Source: Octopus bimaculoides
Lineage: Eukaryota
DNA length: 63,352 bases
Direction of reading: 5' to 3'
NCBI RefSeq assembly: GCF_001194135.2
Contig: NC_068988.1
Location: forward strand, 89,572,672-89,636,023
The notes under the pieces are model-generated. The model was not told where the DNA came from. It saw only the letters and a program-made list of their open reading frames with translations, and made no database searches. The translations under genes were made by a program, and so were the position numbers. Shown piece after piece: positions 24,849 to 37,356 of the stretch (its first letter is position 1; the number at the start of each line of letters is the position of its first letter).

Positions 24849-25769
24849 ACACACATACACACACACACCTATATACACATTTAGTTTCACATAAGCCATT
24901 TTCTGTTGTCGATCTGTTTTCATACTAAGCTTACTTCTGAGAAAGAACAGTACGCATAATTTATTATTCATCAGACGTAGTTGATCAGAAAAAAATTAGG
25001 GTCTGTATGTTGAAGTTCCCAAGCTCAGCATTGGCTCGATATTCATGTAAATTATGCAAAATAACCAGAACAAAACCAGGAATGGAAAACATTTCAAAAA
25101 TAAATTTCGTGTCGAGCTCTTTCACGATAAAACTCTTAGAAAGGAGTCTTATTGTGCTGTGAACCAGCTCCATTTGGTAACTGTCTTCTATCTCTTTATT
25201 TGCATGAAGATTTGAATGTTGAGGGCGTACGTAAGAGAGAGAAAATGAGGATGTGGGAGCAAGAGAGAGGGGGAGAGTGGTTGGTGAAATGGAAAGCAGA
25301 GTAATGAATAAACATTTTATCTTGCTGAGCTTTTTAAATTTGAACCATAAGTACATTAGCATTGAAACAAACAAATATAAACACGCTCATTATCGAATTA
25401 CATACTTTCTCTAAGTCTTTGTCTTTTTGTCTGTCTACCTGTTTGTATGTCAACTTGTCTTGGTGTGTATAAGAGTGTGTGTGAATGTGTTGAGATGCAA
25501 TTTACCTATGGTTCTCATATTAGTTTGATTCATCCAAACATTAAGGAGGGTTATAAAACAAAATCCTCGATCAAATATTCTGTATGAATTAAAGGGATTC
25601 TAGTGCTATCAAAATTTCTTATACGGTAGTGTTTGTAAAAGCCAAGTTTATTTTGCACCAAACAGATATCGATGATATTATTATGAACGAACATGTTTGT
25701 TTGTCTGCCTCTGTATCATTGGTACCGTAACATTATGAACAAATGGAATTAATGAAACGTAGAATTTGC

Positions 25770-26138
25770 TTTGTGGTAAGAAGCTTGTTTCGCAACCATA
25801 TAGTCCCAGGTTCAGTCCCACTGCGTGGCATCTTGTGCAAGTGTCATCTACTATAGCCTCGGGCCGACCAAAGTATTATGAGTGCATTTAGTAGACGGAA
25901 GCTGAAAGAAGCCTGTTGTATATATCTATATCTATATCTATATATCTATATCTATCTATCTATCTATATATATATATATATANNNNNNNNNNNNNNNNNN
26001 NNNNNNNNNNNNNNNNNNNNNNNNNNNNNNNNNNNNNNNNNNNNNNNNNNNNNNNNNNNNNNNNNNNNNNNNNNNNNNNNNNNNNNNNNNNNNNNNNNNN
26101 NNNNNNNNNNNNNNNNNNNNNNNNNNNNNNNNNNNNNN

Positions 26139-26181
<43 letters not shown>

Positions 26182-26380
26182 TTGTGTGTCTGTGTTTGTC
26201 TTCCACCATCGCTTGACAACCGATGTTGGTGCGTTTATGTCCCTGTAAATTAGCGGTCCGGTAAAAGAGACCGATAGAATAAGTATTAGGCTTACAAAGA
26301 ATAAGTCATGGGGACGATTTGTTCCACTAAAGCTGGTGCGCTAGCATGGCCGCAGTCAACTAACTGAAACCAATAAAAGA
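25770..26380 (+). mobile_element. SINE family B, near full length, with internal (TA)/(TG) tract and gap
   Basis: Head 'gtggtaagaagcttgtttcgcaaccata...ggttcagtcccactgcgtggcatcttgtgcaagtgtc', internal microsatellite, and tail 'ccaccatcgcttgacaaccgatg...gcatggccgcagtcaactaactgaaac'. Confidence 0.9.
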
Positions 26381-27425
26381 ATTCCGTTAATGTTTTGAAA
26401 ATTAAAAAAAAAAATTCTAAATCAGTCAATCAATCAACCAATCAAAGAGAAAAATATGTAATATTACAGAATTAAAAATTAAACGAAAATATTATCTATT
26501 AAAGTACAATAGAATCGAACTGGAAACATTGAGCACTTGAGAGTCAAACGATTTGTTGAAAATGTCATGTTTACAGGGTCAGGAAAATGGAAGATAAAAT
26601 AAATTTTAGTTAATCGGTACGTGTGTGTATACCAGTGTGTTTATGTATAGGTGGATGTGTGTATGCGTATGCGTGCACGTGTGTACGTGTCCGTGTGTTG
26701 ATGTGTACAGGCAGGGTGGAGATTTAATGTGGAATAAGGAGTGATTGGAAGAAACCAATTTCGGCTGATGGATGTTGCAGGATATTTAATTAAAGAGGAA
26801 GCATTGAAGTGCCGTGGGTGTCAAAGAAAACTCATCCTTCACGTGGAATATCAAAGGCATCTTTAGTGTTTGTGTTACTAATGAACTGATAAAGTTGTCA
26901 AACCTTTTTATTATTATTCTTATTGTATTTTATTTTTATTTGTGGTTTTTTTTCTTTGTTTTCTTTGCATTTAATTTGTTTTCTCTTGTCTTTTAAATAT
27001 TTTTTGTTTTAATTTTCCGGGATTCTAACTTCGGTCATGGTCGGTGTTGCTTAAAGAATATGGATTTGTCTCTGACAAATTATACCTTTTGTATGAAATA
27101 TTGATTTTGCGGCAGTGGTGATCCATTTAAAATGAACGGCAAGCTGCTGGATTGAGAGGGTTGGTGACCCGCATGCGATTCCGAACGGCAGAAGTCAAAT
27201 TGCTCTCCTAAAATCCCTTGGAGAAGATAAAAGCACTCTGTACTCCTATGCTACCCATTCCCTCCAATATAGTACCTCATTTCTCAAATGGTATTAAACA
27301 AGTAATCAAAAACTAATACAGATTGCAAGGCTGGTAGAGGTAATAATTTGCTGAATTGCTTTACAGATGTTCTACAGTTCGTTTCTCGACGGTACCACTA
27401 TAACTTCTTTACTCGATACTTGTAC

Positions 27426-28150
27426 CATGGTTAAGGCGGCGAACTGGCAGAATTGCTAGCACGTCAAGCAAAACATTTAGTGGTCTTTCGTCTGACTTTA
27501 CCTTCTGAGTTCGAAATTCACCGAAGTTGATTTTGCCGTCATCCTTTCGGGGTCGACAATATAAGTACCAGTTTAACACTTGAGTCGATGAAATCGACTT
27601 AGCCACTCCCCGAAACCTGCTGGCCTTGTGCAAAAATCTGAAACCTCTATTTCTAGCAAGATTAATGCAGCAAGCTGGACGAATCGTTAACCCGTCAGGC
27701 AAAATATTTAGAGGTATTTTGTCTGTCTTTGCGTTCAGAGTTCAAATTCCACCGAGGATGAGTTTGCTTTCATTATTTCAGGATTGATAAAATAAGTGCC
27801 AGTCAAACATTGGGGTCGAGCTGATCGACTTTTGCAGGCCTTGAGCCAAAATTTGAAACCAATATTTCTAGCCTAGCATGGTTAAAGTTGCAAGCTGGCA
27901 GAATGATTAGCACGCCGGACAAAATGTTTAGGGGCATTTCCTCAGTGTTCAGAATCTGAGTTCATATTCCACCAACTTCGACTTTGTATTTCACCCTTTC
28001 GAGGTTGATAAATTAAGTGCCAGTTGAAAGCTGGGGTCGATGTAATCGATTTAGCTCCTTCCTTCCATCTCCTGATCTTGTGCCAATATGTGAAACTATT
28101 TCTGCCACGGTTAAGGTGGCGAGTTCGTAGGACTGCTACCCCATCGGGGA
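27426..28150 (+). mobile_element. Head-to-tail array of SINE-like family A (3 full units plus a partial 4th)
   Basis: Unit starts at ~27426, 27661, 27877 and 28106; the junction 'gaaac..tatttct(a/g)gc..(a/c)(t/c)ggttaa' recurs. Confidence 0.88.
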
Positions 28151-28311
28151 AAAAAAATAGCCCTTTAAACTGATTTGGTGTATTTGCACCTATTTGTCAA
28201 CAGAGAGAAAGTATCTCTATAACAAAATACTGTGAATGTTATTTTTATGTTCTTATGGGATGGAATTTGCCTCAAGCACATTTGATGCAACAATATTGCG
28301 CTTCGATGTCA

Positions 28312-28314
<3 letters not shown>

Positions 28315-28379
<65 letters not shown>

Positions 28380-28428
28380 CGTATGTGTGTGTCTGTGTGT
28401 GTGTCTGTGTGTGTGTGTGTGTGTGTGT
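28315..28428. repeat. (GT)n microsatellite
   Basis: Direct reading. Confidence 0.97.
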
Positions 28429-29519
28429 ACATACAGTAATCTTTCGACATATCGCGGCTGACCTGTCGCGGTTTATTATTTAGTCTTATGTCGATCTTTC
28501 AGTGGTGTTATACTAAAACAAAATGTTTTTTTAAAAAGATATATATATAACATAAGCCAATAAAAATGCTATACTAAGATATATAAAAATGAAACAAGTT
28601 AATATGAAACGAAAATAAATAAAATATAATAGAATGGAATTGTTAAATAAATAGTTATAATCAGGATATTAATTGATTAATAATACTACATAGAAAAAAG
28701 CATAAGTATACCGAGTTATAATAGAGATAAAATAGAATTAAAATTATCACAAGAAATAGGTTAGAAAATATGTTTAAAATACAACGAAGAACAAGAATTG
28801 AGGTATGATAGTAACAGATCATAGAGGGTATATCTTATAATTAGGGGACTCATTAGGAAGAAAATGGCATATTTATATTAACGGTGATAGTATAGATTTA
28901 CCACTGAGATAGGGTAGGTATATATTATGATTATTAAGAATTAATACATCGAAGGAGTCGAGAAGAATACTTATTTAGTAAAAAAAAAATATATATATGG
29001 GGTCACCACCCTCATTCACCCCATTGCAGTCTACCCTATGCTAACTTCTGGCTTGTCTGTCGCTGTACTGTCCTTTCTTCATTCTTCCCCAAAATTTAGC
29101 TGCGGTATCATTTATCTCTTTATTACCCACTAGGGGCCAAGAAGTAGCGGTATCATTGTAAATACTTGATCTCTGTTGATGATAGGAATATGTTTAAATA
29201 TCTAACTTGCCGTTTATGCTGAGGTATATGCGGTCATTTGATAAGAACGGTTTTCTTTGTAATGACGTAATGCATTCATTGATGAATTAAAGGAGTCGCT
29301 CAAAACGGCTATAATGAATTGACACACATCTCTGTTACTAATTTNNNNNNNNNNNNNNNNNNNNNNNNNNNNNNNNNNNNNNNNNNNNNNNNNNNNNNNN
29401 NNNNNNNNNNNNNNNNNNNNNNNNNNNNNNNNNNNNNNNNNNNNNNNNNNNNNNNNNNNNNNNNNNNNNNNNNNNNNNATATATATGCATGTATATATGT
29501 ATGTACATAAGTATATAAT

Positions 29520-29730
29520 ATAATCTTTTATCTTTTACTTGTTTCAGTCATTAGACTGCAGTCATGCTGGTGCACAACTTTCAGGAATTCATAGTCGAAT
29601 GAATCGAACTTAGGAAGATTTTGTAAGCATGGTACTTATTCTGTCAGTCTCTCAGGCCGAACGGCTCAAGTGCGGCTACGTAAACACACTGACATCGGTT
29701 GGTAAGCGGAGATAAACACAGACACAATGT
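29520..29730 (-). mobile_element. SINE family B, 3' part
   Basis: 'ttttacttgtttcagtcattagactgcagtcatgctggtgca...ggtacttattctgtc...gtaaacacactgacatcggttg'. Confidence 0.8.
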
Positions 29731-30313
29731 TTATATGTATGTATGTATATCAACTTTACATCTGGTAAGTATTCCTGTACATTCAATGGGCAGCTGTGAG
29801 TCAAAGATGACCTGAAATAATTGTCCAAGATTCCTAATGAAGTAACTAAGTATTTTATGAAAATCTCCTATGTTCTTTTGCTTCCAGATGTGTCTCTATA
29901 TGTCGTGAGGTAATGTCTGTGAGTAGATTCGTGTCTATTCACGCTTTCATGTTTCCTTCTATTGTATCTTCTCTACGAGTAATTAATATTTTAAATGGTA
30001 GATACGTTAAATATCCAAGTCTTCTCAATCTAAAATTGAACTCTCTTAAGTACATTTAAAATATAAGAAACAGAGACTTAAGACTATGCTTTGACACTTA
30101 TCAGAGAAATTATTCTAATGTACTTAAATGAATTATTACATATGCATAGATGTAAAGAGATGCGGAAAAAGACATAAATGAACTAATTCGGAGCAGTACA
30201 TAAACATAAATGTGAGGATAAAGAAACACATACACACACTCGCACGAACACACAAACAAGCACACACTCACGCACGTACATATGGCTACGTACGTGCGTA
30301 TATGTGAATCTAC

Positions 30314-30531
30314 ACGAGTGGGTGGTCAAAAGTATTTCACTTCAAGGGTGTTGCAAAAAGACTGGTTGCAGGCCCAGCCTTCTGAGTTTCTTTACAAGAC
30401 TTTAAAAAACTGAAGAACCGTTGCAATAAATGAGTGAATCTGAGAGGGTAATATGTTGAATAAAATCATAATTAACTGATCATTCTCTATTTTCTTTTAT
30501 CCAAATCCAGGAACATTTCAGCACCACGTTG
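30314..30531 (+). mobile_element. Internally deleted mariner derivative (MITE-like)
   Basis: Left end 'cacgagtgggtggtcaaaagt' and right end 'ccaggaacatttcagcaccacgttg' look like degenerate TIRs. The interior retains the transposase tail KNRCNK*VNLRG*YVE*. Confidence 0.6.
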
Positions 30532-30926
30532 TGTGTCTGTGCGTGTATTATAATTTCGTATATATATATATATATATATATNNNNNNNNNNNNNNNNNNN
30601 NNNNNNNNNNNNNNNNNNNNNNNNNNNNNNNNNNNNNNNNNNNNNNNNNNNNNNNNNNNNNNNNNNNNNNNNNNNNNNNNNNNNNNNNNNNNNNNNNNNN
30701 NNNNNNNNNNNNNNNNNNNNNNNNNNNNNNNNNNNNNNNNNNNNNNNNNNNNNNNNNNNNNNNNNNNNNNNNNNNNNNNNNNNNNNNNNNNNNNNNNNNN
30801 NNNNNNNNNNNNNNNNNNNNNNNNNNNNNNNNNNNNNNNNNNNNNNNNNNNNNNNNNNNNNNNNNNNNNNNNNNNNNNNNNNNNNNNNNNNNNNNNNNNN
30901 NNNNNNNNNNNNNNNNNNNNNNNNNN

Positions 30927-32018
30927 AATTCATTAAAATGACAGATCTATCGGACTTTCAAAGAGGTCAAATTGTTGGTGCTCGTATAGCAGGCGCTAAC
31001 TGAATGAAAACAGCCGCCTTGTTTGGTGTATCAAGAAGTACTGTCTGGAAAGTAACGACAGACTTTCAGAAAGAGAGAAAACCATCCACGTCGAATCAAA
31101 ACTCCGGAAGAAAACCAAAGCTTTCAGATAGGGACTGTCGGACCCATACATGAATTGTTAAAAAGGATCACAAAAGCACAGCTCCCAAATTACTGCAGAG
31201 CTTAATGACCACTTCGATAACTCAGTTTCCACAAACGCTGTTCGCTGGGAGCTACAAAAAGCCGGATTTCACGGGAGTGCTGCAATCAGAAAACCACTAT
31301 TTTCAAAAACAAGCGCTGCAAAGTGGAGTAAAAATCTACAGAATTGGTCCTTAGAGCAGTGGAAGAATGTTGTTTTCTTGGACAAGTCATCCTATACCTT
31401 ATTTCCGACCACCGGCCGACTATACGTGTGGAGACAGCCAAAAGAAGCATTTGAGTCAGATTGCCTTCTTCCAACTGTTAAACATGGAGAAGAATCTGTG
31501 ATGATCTAAGGGGCTATATCCTGGAAATCCGCTGGCCCAATGGTTTCTCTTCATAGAAGAATTCATAATCAAGAAGACTATTTAAGCATTTTATCTGATC
31601 AAATTCATCATATGGCTGCGTAAATGATTCTGGAGTGAAACACAGTCTTTCAGGATGATGCACCAATTGACACAGCTAAAGTTGTTACTGAATTGCACGA
31701 GGAACATTCTAGTGAAGTTGAACATCTTATCTGGCCACCAAAGTCCCCAGATCTCAATTTTATTGAGCATTTATGATGCATTTTAGAAACACAATTAAGG
31801 AGTTTATATCCTCCACCATCCACTATCATCTCTACAAGTTCTGGAGACTGTTTTCGCTGAAGAATGGACAAAAATTCCTTTGGAAACAATTCAATCTTTG
31901 TACGTGTCCATACTTCGTACAATTGAAGCTGTAATTACTGCCAAAGTTGGTCCTACCCCACATTACAATACATTTGCTTGAAATTTTAAGATGCTTCCAT
32001 TATTTTGTCCAACCCCTG
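30927..32018 (+). mobile_element. Tc1-like (DD34E) transposon, near full transposase, pseudogenised; left TIR lost in gap
   Basis: ATG 30938: MTDLSDFQRGQIVGARIAG...FGVSRSTV...SGRKPKLSDRD; VFLDKSSY; TVKHGEESVMI*GAIS; VFQDDAPIDTAK; WPPKSPDLNFIEHL. Right TIR 'ccattattttgtccaacccctg' followed by TA at 32019. Confidence 0.95.
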
Positions 32019-32057
32019 TATATACATATATGTATGTACATATTTATGTATAAGTAT

Positions 32058-32105
<48 letters not shown>

Positions 32106-32699
32106 NNNNNNNNNNGAGAGAGAGAGAGAGAGAGAGAGATGAAGCGTGTTGTCAAGTGAGATTTCTGTATTGTGAAGCGTTTGTTTTGTAGTAATTTACA
32201 ATCAAATAAATCTAGTGTATTAAAGATCCTAGAATCAAGAATATGAGAAACATTGTAAGAATTTGCATTGTAAATTGTCATTTATAATCTAACGCCAGCG
32301 TGACTTGTAAAGATTTTCTCCGTCAGGAATTGGCTCTTATGATATTCAATAATCTGTGTTAGCGATGTGATTGTAATATTGTACTGACGTAATGTATGGT
32401 AGATTTGGTAATAAATGTATTTCGATAATAACACAAATAATATAATATGTAAGTGACATGAAATCTAAGAAGTTTAATGATAAATCAAAGAAATATTAAT
32501 ATTAAAGAGATTCGTTGATGAAGGAGAAGGTGGTGTAGAAGATGGAGTGAACGGGAAAGTGAAAAGTAATCAATGAATATAGAAAGTTAAATATATATAA
32601 GGAAATGAAATCAAATTAATATATAAAATTTAATGAAATTACGCACTGAACAAAAAATAGGGCTGGCAGAGAAAAATGTAAAACATGGGCGGGAATAAC

Positions 32700-33500
32700 A
32701 CAATATGTTGTACTGAAAGTGCTAAATAAATATATACGAGAATTTTATGATGAAGATAAAATTAGAAGAAAGAGAAAATATTTGATGGGGATTGAAACAG
32801 GGTTTTGAATAAATATGAATTAATTGAAAAGAGATTAAAGAGATTAAATATAATGGGAATATGAAGATGAATAGGAGTGATAGGAGTGTCATTAGAACGC
32901 TATGGAGGCAGTATGATTCGAGATTGAGTTGGATAATGGTGAGGTATGTAACTAGAAGTACTGAAGTGTTGTCAGGAGTAAATTTTTAAAGTATTAAAAC
33001 GAAAAAGAAAGAATTGTTGAATTTTTAATAAATTGGTGAATGAATAAAGAAAAAAAATGTAATATAAAGCAAAACTAAAGATAGATTAAATATTGCAATG
33101 ATGTGAATACAATTATAAAAGGGGAATGAGTGAATAGAAAAACATAACTATATCAAATAAAACTTGATAAAATAATATAAGGGCAGTTCTTATAACAAGG
33201 GGAATGTAAGTATGAAGAGAGTAAGTGGTATAAATGATGAGTTGTTCTGATTAGAGTGATGGGAGATGATGAAAGTGCTTGAATTAAAGAATGAAACTAT
33301 AGATTTCAATACAGAGGCAAAAGGTATAGGAATATAGATTTCAGATTTAACTATCATGGTTAAACTACAAACTCAATTTAACAAGATTCAATTACATGTG
33401 CAGACAATAGAGGAGGTTAGAATCGGGTTTAAATAGTCTAATCGTCGATCAATAATACTAGATATTATGTACAAGAGGAATTATACCATTATTTTAAAGA
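32700..33500 (+). mobile_element. Highly decayed CR1/L2-like RT relic
   Basis: Purine-rich stretch with KRLKRLNIMGI, TEVLSGV and EAKGIGI*ISDL, echoing KLxxxGI, EVLSGVPQG and EKDLGVxISxDL. Confidence 0.45.
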
Positions 33501-33584
33501 CGAAGATACTACAATAAGTGCAATGTATATTTCAAGCGTACAATAATTGTATAATTAAAATAGTCCACATTAACAGGTTAAGGT

Positions 33585-33750
33585 AGTTAGTTAGCAGAAT
33601 CGTTAGCACGCCGGACAAGATGCTTCCCGGCATGTTGTCCCTCTCTCGTTCTGAGTTGAAATTCCACCGAAACTGGCGTTGTCATTCCTCTTTTCGGGGT
33701 CGGTAAAATAAGTACCAGTTAAGCTCCCTTGTGTCAAAATTTGAAGCCAA
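33585..33750 (+). mobile_element. SINE-like family A copy
   Basis: 'gttagcagaatcgttagcacgccggacaagatgctt...gttctgagttgaaattccaccga...ggggtcggtaaaataagtaccagtt'. Confidence 0.85.
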
Positions 33751-33899
33751 TAAAATATAACCGGGAATAAGACTAATAATTTAGAGTCGTTTATAAGAGC
33801 GATGTGGTACAAAAGTTTAAACCTAACTTATAGAAGAAGTCGCTACTCAGATTTACTTCGCATATGCCAGACTAGATAGAGGTTCACTTTTTTTACCAA

Positions 33900-34896
33900 T
33901 ATCTTGTTCCATTGATTAGATTGTGGTTATTTTAGGACAATGGTTTGCATAGAAAGCATGTATAAAGTTGTTTATAGTAGTGAGAGAAAGTAACTTGTCC
34001 ACAGAAAATACATCAGAGTTATATAGCAACGGATCTGTTACACATTTAGCAGTAGATTGAAAGTTTTTTCTAATATTTGCAACATCGTTACTTCCTAAAA
34101 TTACAATGTGCAACATTATTTTAAAGGTTCAACGATATTTCCAGTATGTTTAAAAGAAAAAAAGAAGGTATTTCAAGTTAGGGTAAACAGAAAATATGAA
34201 ATCGCGTCCGAGTGCAGACTGATGATGAAAAAACACTCCTTTTAAAGGAACGTCAAAGAGTGACGAAGTAAGAACCTTCACTATATTCATCGCCTAAATC
34301 AATGGCTACAGACATATAGCAATATCAGACGGTACAACATACAATACATGGTTCACATGACTTATACAGCTTCCTTCAAATATTCGTTCACTATAAAACT
34401 CACAGAAAAGCGGATGCGTTTTGTAAATTATCTTATTGTTTATGTAACAGCTGCACATCAGTCATTTTATATCTGGCAAATTAGACTATATTTACACTTT
34501 GAAAATCGAACAATTCAAAGACTTTAACCATTGTTCTCTGAATTCCCAAATAATTTCCTCTATAGTTCATTTTGACTATTGGCGAGATATTTTTCGTATG
34601 AATACTCAGTCTGAAATGTGAAGAAGCCCTGTTCACAACTAGTTTCTGCTGACTCCAATTGCATGGCATATTTTGATAGGTGTATCGAAAATAAGAAACT
34701 ATTTTTTTGAGATACAAATTCGGATAACCGGTGATGGTTGACTCTTTGGTATATCTATTTGCACCAAATGTCCTGGCTGGAAATACGAAGAATACTATTG
34801 CTTCGGTCTAACGGTTACTACAGACGTGTAAAATTAAGCAGATACATACTTCAATTTCTGAAGGCAGTAATGTGAAATCTTAACATCGCCCATGTA

Positions 34897-34940
<44 letters not shown>

Positions 34941-35222
34941 NNNNNNNNNNNNNNNNNNNNNNNNNNNNNNNNNNNNNNNNNNNNNNNNNNNNNNNNNNNN
35001 NNNNNNNNNNNNNNNNNNNNNNNNNNNNNNNNNNNNNNNNNNNNNNNNNNNNNNNNNNNNNNNNNNNNNNNNNNNNNNNNNNNNNNNNNNNNNNNNNNNN
35101 NNNNNNNNNNNNNNNNNNNNNNNNNNNNNNNNNNNNNNNNNNNNNNNNNNNNNNNNNNNNNNNNNNNNNNNNNNNNNNNNNNNNNNNNNNNNNNNNNNNN
35201 NNNCATGTGCGAGTTGTTTGCA

Positions 35223-35263
<41 letters not shown>

Positions 35264-35570
35264 TGCACAGCATTTATATACATGTGTACGTGTGTCTATG
35301 TAAATACAGACGAATATTTTGTGATAAAGGTTACTTTCACTTCGAAAAATGTATGTAATAGAAACAATCCTAGTGCAATTTTGTGTATAAAGGCATAAGA
35401 TCTACGTTTGTATCTCTTATTAAATGCTACTTGTAAAAGTAGTATGTCACAACTGAACCCTAGATTACCGAATCGGTACTCTAAAGCCTGAAAAGGACGG
35501 ACTTCTGTTAGAGGCCCACAAAATATTAAATGTGTGTTGAGTACGCTTTTACTTTGTCCACTCCTTTGCA
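33900..35570 (-). mobile_element. Old LINE 3' half relic (RT C-terminal region), interrupted by (TA)n and a gap
   Basis: NLGFSCDILL...KRRSYAFIHKI (35.4 kb); LYLKKIVSYFRYTYQNMPCNWSQ...HTKNISPIVKMNYR (34.6 kb; cf. LYKSYVRPxLEYASxVWSP...TKxIPxLxxLSY); NIRKNFQS...NSDVFSV (34.0 kb; cf. IRKNFFSxRV..LPxDVVSA). Confidence 0.45.
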
Positions 35571-36730
35571 TATATATTCATACATACATAAACATATATA
35601 CTTACACACACACTCACAAATATACATACCTACATACAAGCGGGTAGGGTGTGTGTGCGCACGCGCATGAATGTGTTTAAATCGTGAGATTGCAATAGAT
35701 GATCAAAATAAGTAAAGTCAGAGTTTGACAAATATATGGCATATCCACCGAGAGAAAGGTAAAAAAATTAGACAAAACAAGAGCAAGATGAAAGAGTAAG
35801 TTAAATCATTAAGATGAATGTTTTTGTCGTAAATAGAAAGCAGAAGACCTCAAATTTGGTTTCAATTCTAGCATTCTCTTATACAGCCGATCGATTATCT
35901 TCCTATTATATATTCGGTTCAACACTGCATATATATTATTTATTCTATTCTCCTTTAAGCATCTTTTCAGATCACGAAAATGCAGGTCTTCTTCGGGTAA
36001 TCATTATAAACCATTATATTCCTGCTGCTTTAACCAATATTGATTTCCATTTTGTTTCGCCATGCAATTTTTTAAACGTCTTTTTTTTTTGTTCCGTTAT
36101 TTTTATGTGCTATTATTGTTTCCAATGTCGTCTTTTCTTTCTTGTTTGTCCCTCTTGTATGTGAGTGTTTGAACCGCATGTGTGCGTGTGTGTATGTGGG
36201 TATATATGCTGTATGGGTGTGTATGTGTTTGTAAGCGCGTGTGTCTCAGTCTTTCGCTACAAAATTGCAGTTATCGAATCTCCTTTATCTTACTGAATTA
36301 TTCTGGTATGATTACACTATATCAAGTAGTTGCACTTTTGTACAATACATACATACTTAAAAACAGCACATGCACGCATGCGCATAAAAACCGGTAGAAA
36401 ACTACACAAAGATATCCATATGCATACGTGTGAATGCATAAAAAAACACATTGTCTAAAAGTACTTTGAGGTATATGCGTGTGTATACATATCTGTATAT
36501 ATACGTATGTATGTACGTATAAGTGCATGCCTATTCGTGTGTATGCGTGTGTATAGATATGTATGTATATGTATCACTATGTATGAGGTGATATATATAC
36601 ATATATATATATATATATNNNNNNNNNNTAATCCTGAAAATACTATCTATATAACGCATGCACTCTTTTTTTACCTACGCACGCACACAGACACACATAC
36701 ACACACGCACACACGCACACACACACACAT

Positions 36731-36777
<47 letters not shown>

Positions 36778-36879
36778 CATATCTACTCCATAGAAGTAAG
36801 AGATGCTGGTATATTCATATAATTTTATCATCAGGGAACCATATTACAAATGCAAGACTTGTGCTGAATGCTAAGTTTA

Positions 36880-37330
36880 CGTAGGAGGAATAATACTATA
36901 TAACTAAGTTAAATGACCGTTAGAAACAAAGAAGGCTAGTTTACAGGGAGCTGTTTAGGGAGAGAGGCTATGAACGCTATACTAAGACTTTAAATTAAAA
37001 TAAGACATAATGAACAGCAGAAAATTCTTAAAGCTAATAATAATGGTAATAAAAATTTATTGTAATTGGAAAGAGAAAGGGAGAGAATCCGATGAATTTA
37101 TGTAAAGAGTAAATTTTTTATACGACTAATTATGTAAATAAACGTTTATAAGGAAGCAAAATTAAAGACGGATTGTAAATATAATTAACCATTAATGTTG
37201 TATGATATTAAGTTACGGTAATTAACCTAAATACATGGCAATATACGGTACAAAACTATAAAGTAATGAAATAATAAGAATAAACATACGTACGATAACA
37301 AAATCGATAGTATATACGTAAAAATACTTA
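36880..37330 (+). mobile_element. Possible decayed LINE relic (A-rich)
   Basis: Purine-rich and stop-riddled; only a weak echo of the LINE C-terminal 'ERLxTL..' motif. Confidence 0.25.
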
Positions 37331-37356
37331 AAACTCTACGAATATAACTTTACGGG

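Larger units (their letters stand above)
21000..25250 (-). mobile_element. Ancient CR1/L2/Jockey-group LINE relic(s): APE endonuclease to RT, interrupted by younger SINEs and microsatellites
   Basis: Motif echoes in expected order on the minus strand: LDTKFIFEMFSIPGF..ELGNFN (25.1 kb, EN start); PYRF...SLGNFDSRHI (23.9 kb, EN SDH region); EIVITEAIVL...NPLVLFKRML (23.1 kb); SLKPNKS...TSGKL (22.1 kb); HGYWCNMIEY (21.8 kb); SMLYGIGIDMLK..IFGNKS..GASSE (21.25 kb, cf. KLxSYGIxGxLLxWxxxFLxNR). Confidence 0.55.

Noticed and set aside
27426-28150. CRISPR-like or satellite array
   Set aside because: Units are ~220-bp diverged SINE-like monomers without unique spacers, in a eukaryotic context.
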